Assembly: GCF_009914755.1 (NCBI RefSeq)
Contig: NC_060944.1
Reading direction: 5' to 3' (one strand)
DNA length: 64,000 bases
Source of the DNA: the human T2T-CHM13v2.0 reference genome, Homo sapiens
The translations under genes and the position numbers were made by a program. The notes under the pieces are model-generated. The model was not told the DNA's origin. It searched no databases and saw nothing but the letters and a program-made list of their open reading frames with translations. Positions 11,601-26,136 of the stretch are shown piece after piece. The stretch's first letter is position 1. Every line of letters begins with the position of its first letter.

Positions 11601-14600
11601 TCCCATTCATAGAGCAGGTTTGAAACACTCTTTTTGTACTATCTGGAAGTGGACATTTGGAGCGCTTTCAGGTCTACGGTGAAAAAGGAGATATCTTCCA
11701 ATAAAAACTAGATAGAAGCAATGTCAGAACTTTTTTCATGATGTATCTACTCAGCAAACAGAGTTGAACCTTTCTTTTGAGAGAGCAGTTTTGAAACACT
11801 CTTTTTGTGGAATATGCAAGTGGGTATTAGGCCAGCTTGGAGGATTTCGTTGGAAACGGGAATACGTATAAAAAGCAGACAGCAGCATTGTCAGAAACTA
11901 CTTTGTGATGTTTGCATTCAAGTCACAGAATTGAACACTCCCTTTCACAGAGCAGGTTTGAAACACTCTTTTTGTAGTGTCTGTAAGTGAACATTTGGAT
12001 TGCTTTCAGGCCTAAGGTGAAAAAGGAAATATTTTCCCATAAAAACTAGACAGAAGCATTCTCAGAAACTTGTTTGTGATGTGTGCCCTCTACTGACAGA
12101 GTTGAAGCTTTCTTTGCAAAGAGCAGTTTTGAAACACTCTTTTTGTAGAATCTGCAAGAGGATATTTGGATAGCTTTGAGGATTTCTTGGGAAACGGGAA
12201 TGTCTTCAGATAAACTCTAGACAGAAGCATTCTCAGAAACTTCTTTGGGATGTTTCAATTGAAGTCACAGTGTTGAACATTCCCTTTCACAGAGCAGGTT
12301 TGAAACACTCTTTTTGTAGTGTCTATAAGTGAACATTTGGCGTGCTTTCAGGCCTAACGTGAAAAAGGAAATATCTTCCCATAAAAACTAGACAGAAGCA
12401 TTCTCAGAAACTTGTTCTTGATGTGTCCCCTCTACTGACAGAGTTGAACCTTTCTTTGCAAAGAGCAGCTTTGAAACACTCTTTTTGTAGAATCTGCAAG
12501 AGGATATTTGGATAGCTTGGAGGATTTCGTTGGAAACGGGTATGTCTTCAGATAAACTCTAGACAGAAGCATTCTCAGAAACTTCTTTGGGATGTTGCAT
12601 TCAAGTCACAGAGTAGAACATTCCCATTCATAGAGCAGATTTGAAACACTCTTTTTGTAGTATCTGGAAGTGGACATTTGGAGCGCTTTCAGGCCTATGT
12701 TGAAAAAGGAAATATCTTCCCATAAAAACTAGACGGAAGCATTCTCAGAAACTTATTTGTGATGTGTTTGCTCAACTAACAGGATTGAACCATCGTTTTG
12801 AAGGAGCAGTTTTGAAACACTGTTTTCGTGGAATCTGCAAGTGGATATTTGGCTAGCTTTGAGGATTTCGTTGGAAACGGGATTACATATAAAAAGGAGA
12901 CAGCAGCATTCTCAGAAACTTCTTTGTGATGTCTGCATTCAATTCACAGAGTTGAGCATTCCCTTTCATAGAGCAGGTTGGAAACACTCTTTTTGTAGTA
13001 TCTGGATGAGGACATTTGGAGCGCTTTCAGGCGTATGGTGAAAAAGGAAATATCTTCCCGTAAAAACTAGACAGAAGCATTCTCAGAAGTTTATTTGTGA
13101 TGTGTGCCCTCAACTAACAGAGTTGAACCTTTCTTTTGATAGAGCAGTTTTGAAACACTCTTTTTGTAAAATCTGCAAGAGGATATTTGGATAGCTTTGA
13201 GGATTTCGTTGCAAACGGGAATGGCTTCATATAAACTCTAGACAGAAGCATTCTCAGAAACTTCGTTGGGATGTTTCGATTGAAGTCCCAGTGTTGAACA
13301 TTCCCTTTTATAGAGCAGGTTGGAAACACTCTTTCTGCATTCCCTGGAAGTGGACATTTGGAGCGCTTTCAGGACGACGGTGAAAATGGAAATATCTTCC
13401 AAGAAAATCTAGATAGAAGCAATGTCAGAAACTTTTATGTGATGGATCTACTCAGCTAACAGAGTTGAACCTTTCTTTTGAGAGAGCAGTTTTGCAACAC
13501 TCTTTTTGTGGAATATGCAAGTGGATATTAGGGCAGCTTTGAGGATTTCGTTGGAAACGGGAATACATGTAAAAAGCAGACAGCAGCATTCTCAGAAACT
13601 TCTTTGTGATGTTTGCATTGAAGTCACAGAGTTGAACATTCCCTTTGAGAGAGCAGGTTTGAAACACGCCTTTTGTCATATCTGGAAGTGTCCATTCGGA
13701 GGGCATTCAGGCTTGTGTTGAAAAAGGAAATATCCTCCCATAAAAACTAGACAGAAGCATTCTCAGAAACTTATCTGTGATGTATGTACTCAACTAACAG
13801 AACTAAACCATTGTTTTGAAGGAGCAGTTTTGAAACACTCTTTTTGCGGAATCTGCAAGTGGATATTTGGCTAGCTGGGAGGATTTCGTTGGAAACGGGA
13901 TTACATACAAAAAGCAGACAGCAGCATTCTCAGAAACTTCTTTGTGATGTTTGCATTCAAGTCACAGAGTTGAACATTCCCTTTCATAGAGCAGGTTTGA
14001 AACACTCTTTTTGTAGTATCTGGATGTGGACATTTGGATCGCTTTCAGGCCTATGGTGAAAAAGGAAATATCTTCCCATGAAGACTAGACAGAAGCATTC
14101 TCAGAAACTTATTTGTGATGTGTGCCCTCAACTGACAGTGTTGAACCTTTGTTTTGATAGAGCAGTTCTGAAACACACTTTTTGTGAAATCTGCAAGAGG
14201 ATATTTGGATAGCTTTGAGGATTTCGTTGGAAACGGGAATGTCTTCATGTAAACTCTAGACAGAAGCATTCTCAGAAACTGCTTTGGGATGTTTCAATTG
14301 AAGTCCCAGTGTTGAACATTCCCTTTCATAGAGCAGGTTTGAAACACTCTTTTTGTACTATCTGGAAGTGGACATTTGGAGCGCTTTCAGGTCTACGGTG
14401 AAAAAGGAGATATCTTCCAATAAAAACTAGATAGAAGCAATGTCAGAACTTTTTTCATGATGTATCTACTCAGCAAACAGAGTTGAACCTTTCTTTTGAG
14501 AGAGCAGTTTTGAAACACTCTTTTTGTGGAATATGCAAGTGGGTATTAGGCCAGCTTGGAGGATTTCGTTGGAAACGGGAATACGTATAAAAAGCAGACA

Positions 14601-17600
14601 GCAGCATTGTCAGAAACTACTTTGTGATGTTTGCATTCAAGTCACAGAATTGAACACTCCCTTTCACAGAGCAGGTTTGAAACACTCTTTTTGTAGTGTC
14701 TGTAAGTGAACATTTGGATTGCTTTCAGGCCTAAGGTGAAAAAGGAAATATTTTCCCATAAAAACTAGACAGAAGCATTCTCAGAAACTTGTTTGTGATG
14801 TGTGCCCTCTACTGACAGAGTTGAAGCTTTCTTTGCAAAGAGCAGTTTTGAAACACTCTTTTTGTAGAATCTGCAAGAGGATATTTGGATAGCTTTGAGG
14901 ATTTCTTGGGAAACGGGAATGTCTTCAGATAAACTCTAGACAGAAGCATTCTCAGAAACTTCTTTGGGATGTTTCAATTGAAGTCACAGTGTTGAACATT
15001 CCCTTTCACAGAGCAGGTTTGAAACACTCTTTTTGTAGTGTCTATAAGTGAACATTTGGCGTGCTTTCAGGCCTAACGTGAAAAAGGAAATATCTTCCCA
15101 TAAAAACTAGACAGAAGCATTCTCAGAAACTTGTTCTTGATGTGTCCCCTCTACTGACAGAGTTGAACCTTTCTTTGCAAAGAGCAGCTTTGAAACACTC
15201 TTTTTGTAGAATCTGCAAGAGGATATTTGGATAGCTTGGAGGATTTCGTTGGAAACGGGTATGTCTTCAGATAAACTCTAGACAGAAGCATTCTCAGAAA
15301 CTTCTTTGGGATGTTGCATTCAAGTCACAGAGTAGAACATTCCCATTCATAGAGCAGATTTGAAACACTCTTTTTGTAGTATCTGGAAGTGGACATTTGG
15401 AGCGCTTTCAGGCCTATGTTGAAAAAGGAAATATCTTCCCATAAAAACTAGACGGAAGCATTCTCAGAAACTTATTTGTGATGTGTTTGCTCAACTAACA
15501 GGATTGAACCATCGTTTTGAAGGAGCAGTTTTGAAACACTGTTTTCGTGGAATCTGCAAGTGGATATTTGGCTAGCTTTGAGGATTTCGTTGGAAACGGG
15601 ATTACATATAAAAAGGAGACAGCAGCATTCTCAGAAACTTCTTTGTGATGTCTGCATTCAATTCACAGAGTTGAGCATTCCCTTTCATAGAGCAGGTTGG
15701 AAACACTCTTTTTGTAGTATCTGGATGAGGACATTTGGAGCGCTTTCAGGCGTATGGTGAAAAAGGAAATATCTTCCCGTAAAAACTAGACAGAAGCATT
15801 CTCAGAAGTTTATTTGTGATGTGTGCCCTCAACTAACAGAGTTGAACCTTTCTTTTGATAGAGCAGTTTTGAAACACTCTTTTTGTAAAATCTGCAAGAG
15901 GATATTTGGATAGCTTTGAGGATTTCGTTGCAAACGGGAATGGCTTCATATAAACTCTAGACAGAAGCATTCTCAGAAACTTCGTTGGGATGTTTCGATT
16001 GAAGTCCCAGTGTTGAACATTCCCTTTTATAGAGCAGGTTGGAAACACTCTTTCTGCATTCCCTGGAAGTGGACATTTGGAGCGCTTTCAGGACGACGGT
16101 GAAAATGGAAATATCTTCCAAGAAAATCTAGATAGAAGCAATGTCAGAAACTTTTATGTGATGGATCTACTCAGCTAACAGAGTTGAACCTTTCTTTTGA
16201 GAGAGCAGTTTTGCAACACTCTTTTTGTGGAATATGCAAGTGGATATTAGGGCAGCTTTGAGGATTTCGTTGGAAACGGGAATACATGTAAAAAGCAGAC
16301 AGCAGCATTCTCAGAAACTTCTTTGTGATGTTTGCATTGAAGTCACAGAGTTGAACATTCCCTTTGAGAGAGCAGGTTTGAAACACGCCTTTTGTCATAT
16401 CTGGAAGTGTCCATTCGGAGGGCATTCAGGCTTGTGTTGAAAAAGGAAATATCCTCCCATAAAAACTAGACAGAAGCATTCTCAGAAACTTATCTGTGAT
16501 GTATGTACTCAACTAACAGAACTAAACCATTGTTTTGAAGGAGCAGTTTTGAAACACTCTTTTTGCGGAATCTGCAAGTGGATATTTGGCTAGCTGGGAG
16601 GATTTCGTTGGAAACGGGATTACATACAAAAAGCAGACAGCAGCATTCTCAGAAACTTCTTTGTGATGTTTGCATTCAAGTCACAGAGTTGAACATTCCC
16701 TTTCATAGAGCAGGTTTGAAACACTCTTTTTGTAGTATCTGGATGTGGACATTTGGATCGCTTTCAGGCCTATGGTGAAAAAGGAAATATCTTCCCATGA
16801 AGACTAGACAGAAGCATTCTCAGAAACTTATTTGTGATGTGTGCCCTCAACTGACAGTGTTGAACCTTTGTTTTGATAGAGCAGTTCTGAAACACACTTT
16901 TTGTGAAATCTGCAAGAGGATATTTGGATAGCTTTGAGGATTTCGTTGGAAACGGGAATGTCTTCATGTAAACTCTAGACAGAAGCATTCTCAGAAACTG
17001 CTTTGGGATGTTTCAATTGAAGTCCCAGTGTTGAACATTCCCTTTCATAGAGCAGGTTTGAAACACTCTTTTTGTACTATCTGGAAGTGGACATTTGGAG
17101 CGCTTTCAGGTCTACGGTGAAAAAGGAGATATCTTCCAATAAAAACTAGATAGAAGCAATGTCAGAACTTTTTTCATGATGTATCTACTCAGCAAACAGA
17201 GTTGAACCTTTCTTTTGAGAGAGCAGTTTTGAAACACTCTTTTTGTGGAATATGCAAGTGGGTATTAGGCCAGCTTGGAGGATTTCGTTGGAAACGGGAA
17301 TACGTATAAAAAGCAGACAGCAGCATTGTCAGAAACTACTTTGTGATGTTTGCATTCAAGTCACAGAATTGAACACTCCCTTTCACAGAGCAGGTTTGAA
17401 ACACTCTTTTTGTAGTGTCTGTAAGTGAACATTTGGATTGCTTTCAGGCCTAAGGTGAAAAAGGAAATATCTTCCCATAAAAACTAGACAGAAGCATTCT
17501 CAGAAACTTGTTTGTGATGTGTGCCCTCTACTGACAGAGTTGAACCTTTCTTTGCAAAGAGCAGTTTTGAAACACTCTTTTTGTAGAATCTGCAAGAGGA

Positions 17601-17962
17601 TATTTGGATAGCTTTGAGGATTTCTTGGGAAACGGGAATGTCTTCAGATAAACTCTAGACAGAAGCATTCTCAGAAACTTCTTTGGGATGTTTCAATTGA
17701 AGTCACAGTGTTGAACATTCCCTTTCACAGAGCAGGTTTGAAACACTCTTTTTGTAGTGTCTATAAGTGAACATTTGGCGTGCTTTCAGGCCTAACGTGA
17801 AAAAGGAAATATCTTCCCATAAAAACTAGACAGAAGCATTCTCAGAAACTTGTTTGTGATGTGTGCCCTCTACTGACAGAGTTGAACCTTTCTTTGCAAA
17901 GAGCAGTTTTGAAACACTCTTTTTGTAGAATCTGCAAGAGGATATTTGGATAGCTTTGAGGA

Positions 17963-17979
17963 TTTCTTGGGAAACGGGA
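17963..17979 (+). promoter_or_regulatory. Box-5 position in copy 7 carrying the dead box-4 allele
   Basis: TTTCTTGGGAAACGGGA where other copies have TTTCGTTGGAAACGGGT. Confidence 0.9.
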
Positions 17980-20900
17980 ATGTCTTCAGATAAACTCTAG
18001 ACAGAAGCATTCTCAGAAAGTTCTTTGGGATGTTGCATTCAAGTCACAGAGTAGAACATTCCCATTCATAGAGCAGATTTGAAACACTCTTTTTGTGGTA
18101 TCTGGAAGTGGACATTTGGAGCGCTTTCAGGCCTATGTTGAAAAAGGAAATATCTTCCCATAAAAACTAGACGGAAGCATTCTCAGAAACTTATTTGTGA
18201 TGTGTTTGCTCAACTAACAGGATTGAACCATCGTTTTGAAGGAGCAGTTTTGAAACACTGTTTTCGTGGAATCTGCAAGTGGATATTTGGCTAGCTTTGA
18301 GGATTTCGTTGGAAACGGGATTACATATAAAAAGGAGACAGCAGCATTCTCAGAAACTTCTTTGTGATGTCTGCATTCAATTCACAGAGTTGAGCATTCC
18401 CTTTCATAGAGCAGGTTGGAAACACTCTTTTTGTAGTATCTGGATGAGGACATTTGGAGCGCTTTCAGGCGTATGGTGAAAAAGGAAATATCTTCCCGTA
18501 AAAACTAGACAGAAGCCTTCTCAGAAGTTTATTTGTGATGTGTGCCCTCAACTAACAGAGTTGAACCTTTCTTTTGATAGAGCAGTTTTGAAACACTCTT
18601 TTTGTAAAATCTGCAAGAGGATATTTGGATAGTTTTGAGGATTTCGTTGCAAACGGGAATGGCTTCATATAAACTCTAGACAGAAGCATTCTCAGAAACT
18701 TCGTTGGGATGTTTCGATTGAAGTCCCAGTGTTGAACATTCCCTTTTATAGAGCAGGTTGGAAACACTCTTTCTGCATTCCCTGGAAGTGGACATTTGGA
18801 GCGCTTTCAGGACGACGGTGAAAATGGAAATATCTTCCAAGAAAATCTAGATAGAAGCAATGTCAGAAACTTTTATGTGATGGATCTACTCAGCTAACAG
18901 AGTTGAACCTTTCTTTTGAGAGAGCAGTTTTGCAACACTCTTTTTGTGGAATATGCAAGTGGATATTAGGGCAGCTTTGAGGATTTCGTTGGAAACGGGA
19001 ATACATGTAAAAAGCAGACAGCAGCATTCTCAGAAACTTCTTTGTGATGTTTGCATTGAAGTCACAGAGTTGAACATTCCCTTTGAGAGAGCAGGTTTGA
19101 AACACGCCTTTTGTCATATCTGGAAGTGTCCATTCGGAGCGCATTCAGGCTTGTGTTGAAAAAGGAAATATCCTCCCATAAAAACTAGACAGAAGCATTC
19201 TCAGAAACTTATCTGTGATGTATGTACTCAACTAACAGAACTAAACCATCGTTTTGAAGGAGCAGTTTTGAAACACTCTTTTTGCGGAATCTGCAAGTGG
19301 ATATTTGGCTAGCTGGGAGGATTTCGTTGGAAACGGGATTACATACAAAAAGCAGACAGCAGCATTCTCAGAAACTTCTTTGTGATGTTTGCATTCAAGT
19401 CACAGAGTTGAACATTCCCTTTCATAGAGCAGGTTTGAAACACTCTTTTTGTAGTATCTGGATGTGGACATTTGGATCGCTTTCAGGCCTATGGTGAAAA
19501 AGGAAATATCTTCCCATGAAAACTAGACAGAAGCATTCTCAGAAACTTATTTGTGATGTGTGCCCTCAACTGACAGTGTTGAACCTTTGTTTTGATAGAG
19601 CAGTTCTGAAACACACTTTTTGTAAAATCTGCAAGAGGATATTTGGATAGCTTTGAGGATTTCGTTGGAAACGGGAATGTCTTCATGTAAACTCTGGACA
19701 GAAGCATTCTCAGAAACTGCTTTGGGATGTTTCAATTGAAGTCCCAGTGTTGAACATTCCCTTTCATAGAGCAGGTTTGAAACACTCTTTTTGTACTATC
19801 TGGAAGTGGACATTTGGAGCGCTTTCAGGTCTACGGTGAAAAAGGAGATATCTTCCAATAAAAACTAGATAGAAGCAATGTCAGAACTTTTTTCATGATG
19901 TATCTACTCAGCAAACAGAGTTGAACCTTTCTTTTGAGAGAGCAGTTTTGAAACACTCTTTTTGTGGAATATGCAAGTGGGTATTAGGCCAGCTTGGAGG
20001 ATTTCGTTGGAAACGGGAATACGTATAAAAAGCAGACAGCAGCATTGTCAGAAACTACTTTGTGATGTTTGCATTCAAGTCACAGAATTGAACACTCCCT
20101 TTCACAGAGCAGGTTTGAAACACTCTTTTTGTAGTGTCTGTAAGTGAACATTTGGATTGCTTTCAGGCCTAAGGTGAAAAAGGAAATATCTTCCCATAAA
20201 AACTAGACAGAAGCATTCTCAGAAACTTGTTTGTGATGTGTGCCCTCTACTGACAGAGTTGAACCTTTCTTTGCAAAGAGCAGTTTTGAAACACTCTTTT
20301 TGTAGAATCTGCAAGAGGATATTTGGATAGCTTTGAGGATTTCTTGGGAAACGGGAATGTCTTCAGATAAACTCTAGACAGAAGCATTCTCAGAAACTTC
20401 TTTGGGATGTTTCAATTGAAGTCACAGTGTTGAACATTCCCTTTCACAGAGCAGGTTTGAAACACTCTTTTTGTAGTGTCTATAAGTGAACATTTGGCGT
20501 GCTTTCAGGCCTAACGTGAAAAAGGAAATATCTTCCCATAAAAACTAGACAGAAGCATTCTCAGAAACTTGTTCTTGATGTGTCCCCTCTACTGACAGAG
20601 TTGAACCTTTCTTTGCAAAGAGCAGCTTTGAAACACTCTTTTTGTAGAATCTGCAAGAGGATATTTGGATAGCTTGGAGGATTTCGTTGGAAACGGGTAT
20701 GTCTTCAGATAAACTCTAGACAGAAGCATTCTCAGAAACTTCTTTGGGATGTTGCATTCAAGTCACAGAGTAGAACATTCCCATTCATAGAGCAGATTTG
20801 AAACACTCTTTTTGTAGTATCTGGAAGTGGACATTTGGAGCGCTTTCAGGCCTATGTTGAAAAAGGAAATATCTTCCCATAAAAACTAGACGGAAGCATT

Positions 20901-23900
20901 CTCAGAAACTTATTTGTGATGTGTTTGCTCAACTAACAGGATTGAACCATCGTTTTGAAGGAGCAGTTTTGAAACACTGTTTTCGTGGAATCTGCAAGTG
21001 GATATTTGGCTAGCTTTGAGGATTTCGTTGGAAACGGGATTACATATAAAAAGGAGACAGCAGCATTCTCAGAAACTTCTTTGTGATGTCTGCATTCAAT
21101 TCACAGAGTTGAGCATTCCCTTTCATAGAGCAGGTTGGAAACACTCTTTTTGTAGTATCTGGATGAGGACATTTGGAGCGCTTTCAGGCGTATGGTGAAA
21201 AAGGAAATATCTTCCCGTAAAAACTAGACAGAAGCATTCTCAGAAGTTTATTTGTGATGTGTGCCCTCAACTAACAGAGTTGAACCTTTCTTTTGATAGA
21301 GCAGTTTTGAAACACTCTTTTTGTAAAATCTGCAAGAGGATATTTGGATAGCTTTGAGGATTTCGTTGCAAACGGGAATGGCTTCATATAAACTCTAGAC
21401 AGAAGCATTCTCAGAAACTTCGTTGGGATGTTTCGATTGAAGTCCCAGTGTTGAACATTCCCTTTTATAGAGCAGGTTGGAAACACTCTTTCTGCATTCC
21501 CTGGAAGTGGACATTTGGAGCGCTTTCAGGACGACGGTGAAAATGGAAATATCTTCCAAGAAAATCTAGATAGAAGCAATGTCAGAAACTTTTATGTGAT
21601 GGATCTACTCAGCTAACAGAGTTGAACCTTTCTTTTGAGAGAGCAGTTTTGCAACACTCTTTTTGTGGAATATGCAAGTGGATATTAGGGCAGCTTTGAG
21701 GATTTCGTTGGAAACGGGAATACATGTAAAAAGCAGACAGCAGCATTCTCAGAAACTTCTTTGTGATGTTTGCATTGAAGTCACAGAGTTGAACATTCCC
21801 TTTGAGAGAGCAGGTTTGAAACACGCCTTTTGTCATATCTGGAAGTGTCCATTCGGAGCGCATTCAGGCTTGTGTTGAAAAAGGAAATATCCTCCCATAA
21901 AAACTAGACAGAAGCATTCTCAGAAACTTATCTGTGATGTATGTACTCAACTAACAGAACTAAACCATCGTTTTGAAGGAGCAGTTTTGAAACACTCTTT
22001 TTGCGGAATCTGCAAGTGGATATTTGGCTAGCTGGGAGGATTTCGTTGGAAACGGGATTACATACAAAAAGCAGAGAGCAGCATTCTCAGAAACTTCTTT
22101 GTGATGTTTGCATTCAAGTCACAGAGTTGAACATTCCCTTTCATAGAGCAGGTTTGAAACACTCTTTTTGTAGTATCTGGATGTGGACATTTGGATCGCT
22201 TTCAGGCCTATGGTGAAAAAGGAAATATCTTCCCATGAAAACTAGACAGAAGCATTCTCAGAAACTTATTTGTGATGTGTGCCCTCAACTGACAGTGTTG
22301 ACCCTTTGTTTTGATAGAGCAGTTCTGAAACACACTTTTTGTAAAATCTGCAAGAGGATATTTGGATAGCTTTGAGGATTTCGTTGGAAACGGGAATGTC
22401 TTCATGTAAACTCTAGACAGAAGCATTCTCAGAAACTGCTTTGGGATGTTTCAATTGAAGTCCCAGTGTTGAACATTCCCATTCATAGAGCAGGTTTGAA
22501 ACACTCTTTTTGTACTATCTGGAAGTGGACATTTGGAGCGCTTTCAGGTCTACGGTGAAAAAGGAGATATCTTCCAATAAAAACTAGATAGAAGCAATGT
22601 CAGAACTTTTTTCATGATGTATCTACTCAGCAAACAGAGTTGAACCTTTCTTTTGAGAGAGCAGTTTTGAAACACTCTTTTTGTGGAATATGCAAGTGGG
22701 TATTAGGCCAGCTTGGAGGATTTCGTTGGAAACGGGAATACGTATAAAAAGCAGACAGCAGCATTGTCAGAAACTACTTTGTGATGTTTGCATTCAAGTC
22801 ACAGAATTGAACACTCCCTTTCACAGAGCAGGTTTGAAACACTCTTTTTGTAGTGTCTGTAAGTGAACATTTGGATTGCTTTCAGGCCTAAGGTGAAAAA
22901 GGAAATATTTTCCCATAAAAACTAGACAGAAGCATTCTCAGAAACTTGTTTGTGATGTGTGCCCTCTACTGACAGAGTTGAAGCTTTCTTTGCAAAGAGC
23001 AGTTTTGAAACACTCTTTTTGTAGAATCTGCAAGAGGATATTTGGATAGCTTTGAGGATTTCTTGGGAAACGGGAATGTCTTCAGATAAACTCTAGACAG
23101 AAGCATTCTCAGAAACTTCTTTGGGATGTTTCAATTGAAGTCACAGTGTTGAACATTCCCTTTCACAGAGCAGGTTTGAAACACTCTTTTTGTAGTGTCT
23201 ATAAGTGAACATTTGGCGTGCTTTCAGGCCTAACGTGAAAAAGGAAATATCTTCCCATAAAAACTAGACAGAAGCATTCTCAGAAACTTGTTCTTGATGT
23301 GTCCCCTCTACTGACAGAGTTGAACCTTTCTTTGCAAAGAGCAGCTTTGAAACACTCTTTTTGTAGAATCTGCAAGAGGATATTTGGATAGCTTGGAGGA
23401 TTTCGTTGGAAACGGGTATGTCTTCAGATAAACTCTAGACAGAAGCATTCTCAGAAACTTCTTTGGGATGTTGCATTCAAGTCACAGAGTAGAACATTCC
23501 CATTCATAGAGCAGATTTGAAACACTCTTTTTGTAGTATCTGGAAGTGGACATTTGGAGCGCTTTCAGGCCTATGTTGAAAAAGGAAATATCTTCCCATA
23601 AAAACTAGACGGAAGCATTCTCAGAAACTTATTTGTGATGTGTTTGCTCAACTAACAGGATTGAACCATCGTTTTGAAGGAGCAGTTTTGAAACACTGTT
23701 TTCGTGGAATCTGCAAGTGGATATTTGGCTAGCTTTGAGGATTTCGTTGGAAACGGGATTACATATAAAAAGGAGACAGCAGCATTCTCAGAAACTTCTT
23801 TGTGATGTCTGCATTCAATTCACAGAGTTGAGCATTCCCTTTCATAGAGCAGGTTGGAAACACTCTTTTTGTAGTATCTGGATGAGGACATTTGGAGCGC

Positions 23901-26119
23901 TTTCAGGCGTATGGTGAAAAAGGAAATATCTTCCCGTAAAAACTAGACAGAAGCATTCTCAGAAGTTTATTTGTGATGTGTGCCCTCAACTAACAGAGTT
24001 GAACCTTTCTTTTGATAGAGCAGTTTTGAAACACTCTTTTTGTAAAATCTGCAAGAGGATATTTGGATAGCTTTGAGGATTTCGTTGCAAACGGGAATGG
24101 CTTCATATAAACTCTAGACAGAAGCATTCTCAGAAACTTCGTTGGGATGTTTCGATTGAAGTCCCAGTGTTGAACATTCCCTTTTATAGAGCAGGTTGGA
24201 AACACTCTTTCTGCATTCCCTGGAAGTGGACATTTGGAGCGCTTTCAGGACGACGGTGAAAATGGAAATATCTTCCAAGAAAATCTAGATAGAAGCAATG
24301 TCAGAAACTTTTATGTGATGGATCTACTCAGCTAACAGAGTTGAACCTTTCTTTTGAGAGAGCAGTTTTGCAACACTCTTTTTGTGGAATATGCAAGTGG
24401 ATATTAGGGCAGCTTTGAGGATTTCGTTGGAAACGGGAATACATGTAAAAAGCAGACAGCAGCATTCTCAGAAACTTCTTTGTGATGTTTGCATTGAAGT
24501 CACAGAGTTGAACATTCCCTTTGAGAGAGCAGGTTTGAAACACGCCTTTTGTCATATCTGGAAGTGTCCATTCGGAGGGCATTCAGGCTTGTGTTGAAAA
24601 AGGAAATATCCTCCCATAAAAACTAGACAGAAGCATTCTCAGAAACTTATCTGTGATGTATGTACTCAACTAACAGAACTAAACCATTGTTTTGAAGGAG
24701 CAGTTTTGAAACACTCTTTTTGCGGAATCTGCAAGTGGATATTTGGCTAGCTGGGAGGATTTCGTTGGAAACGGGATTACATACAAAAAGCAGAGAGCAG
24801 CATTCTCAGAAACTTCTTTGTGATGTTTGCATTCAAGTCACAGAGTTGAACATTCCCTTTCATAGAGCAGGTTTGAAACACTCTTTTTGTAGTATCTGGA
24901 TGTGGACATTTGGATCGCTTTCAGGCCTATGGTGAAAAAGGAAATATCTTCCCATGAAGACTAGACAGAAGCATTCTCAGAAACTTATTTGTGATGTGTG
25001 CCCTCAACTGACAGTGTTGAACCTTTGTTTTGATAGAGCAGTTCTGAAACACACTTTTTGTGAAATCTGCAAGAGGATATTTGGATAGCTTTGAGGATTT
25101 CGTTGGAAACGGGAATGTCTTCATGTAAACTCTAGACAGAAGCATTCTCAGAAACTGCTTTGGGATGTTTCAATTGAAGTCCCAGTGTTGAACATTCCCT
25201 TTCATAGAGCAGGTTTGAAACACTCTTTTTGTACTATCTGGAAGTGGACATTTGGAGCGCTTTCAGGTCTACGGTGAAAAAGGAGATATCTTCCAATAAA
25301 AACTAGATAGAAGCAATGTCAGAACTTTTTTCATGATGTATCTACTCAGCAAACAGAGTTGAACCTTTCTTTTGAGAGAGCAGTTTTGAAACACTCTTTT
25401 TGTGGAATATGCAAGTGGGTATTAGGCCAGCTTGGAGGATTTCGTTGGAAACGGGAATACGTATAAAAAGCAGACAGCAGCATTGTCAGAAACTACTTTG
25501 TGATGTTTGCATTCAAGTCACAGAATTGAACACTCCCTTTCACAGAGCAGGTTTGAAACACTCTTTTTGTAGTGTCTGTAAGTGAACATTTGGATTGCTT
25601 TCAGGCCTAAGGTGAAAAAGGAAATATCTTCCCATAAAAACTAGACAGAAGCATTCTCAGAAACTTGTTTGTGATGTGTGCCCTCTACTGACAGAGTTGA
25701 ACCTTTCTTTGCAAAGAGCAGTTTTGAAACACTCTTTTTGTAGAATCTGCAAGAGGATATTTGGATAGCTTTGAGGATTTCTTGGGAAACGGGAATGTCT
25801 TCAGATAAACTCTAGACAGAAGCATTCTCAGAAACTTCTTTGGGATGTTTCAATTGAAGTCACAGTGTTGAACATTCCCTTTCACAGAGCAGGTTTGAAA
25901 CACTCTTTTTGTAGTGTCTATAAGTGAACATTTGGCGTGCTTTCAGGCCTAACGTGAAAAAGGAAATATCTTCCCATAAAAACTAGACAGAAGCATTCTC
26001 AGAAACTTGTTTGTGATGTGTGCCCTCTACTGACAGAGTTGAACCTTTCTTTGCAAAGAGCAGTTTTGAAACACTCTTTTTGTAGAATCTGCAAGAGGAT
26101 ATTTGGATAGCTTGGAGGA

Positions 26120-26136
26120 TTTCTTGGGAAACGGGA
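26120..26136 (+). promoter_or_regulatory. Box-5 position in copy 10 carrying the dead box-4 allele
   Basis: TTTCTTGGGAAACGGGA where other copies have TTTCGTTGGAAACGGGT. Confidence 0.9.
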
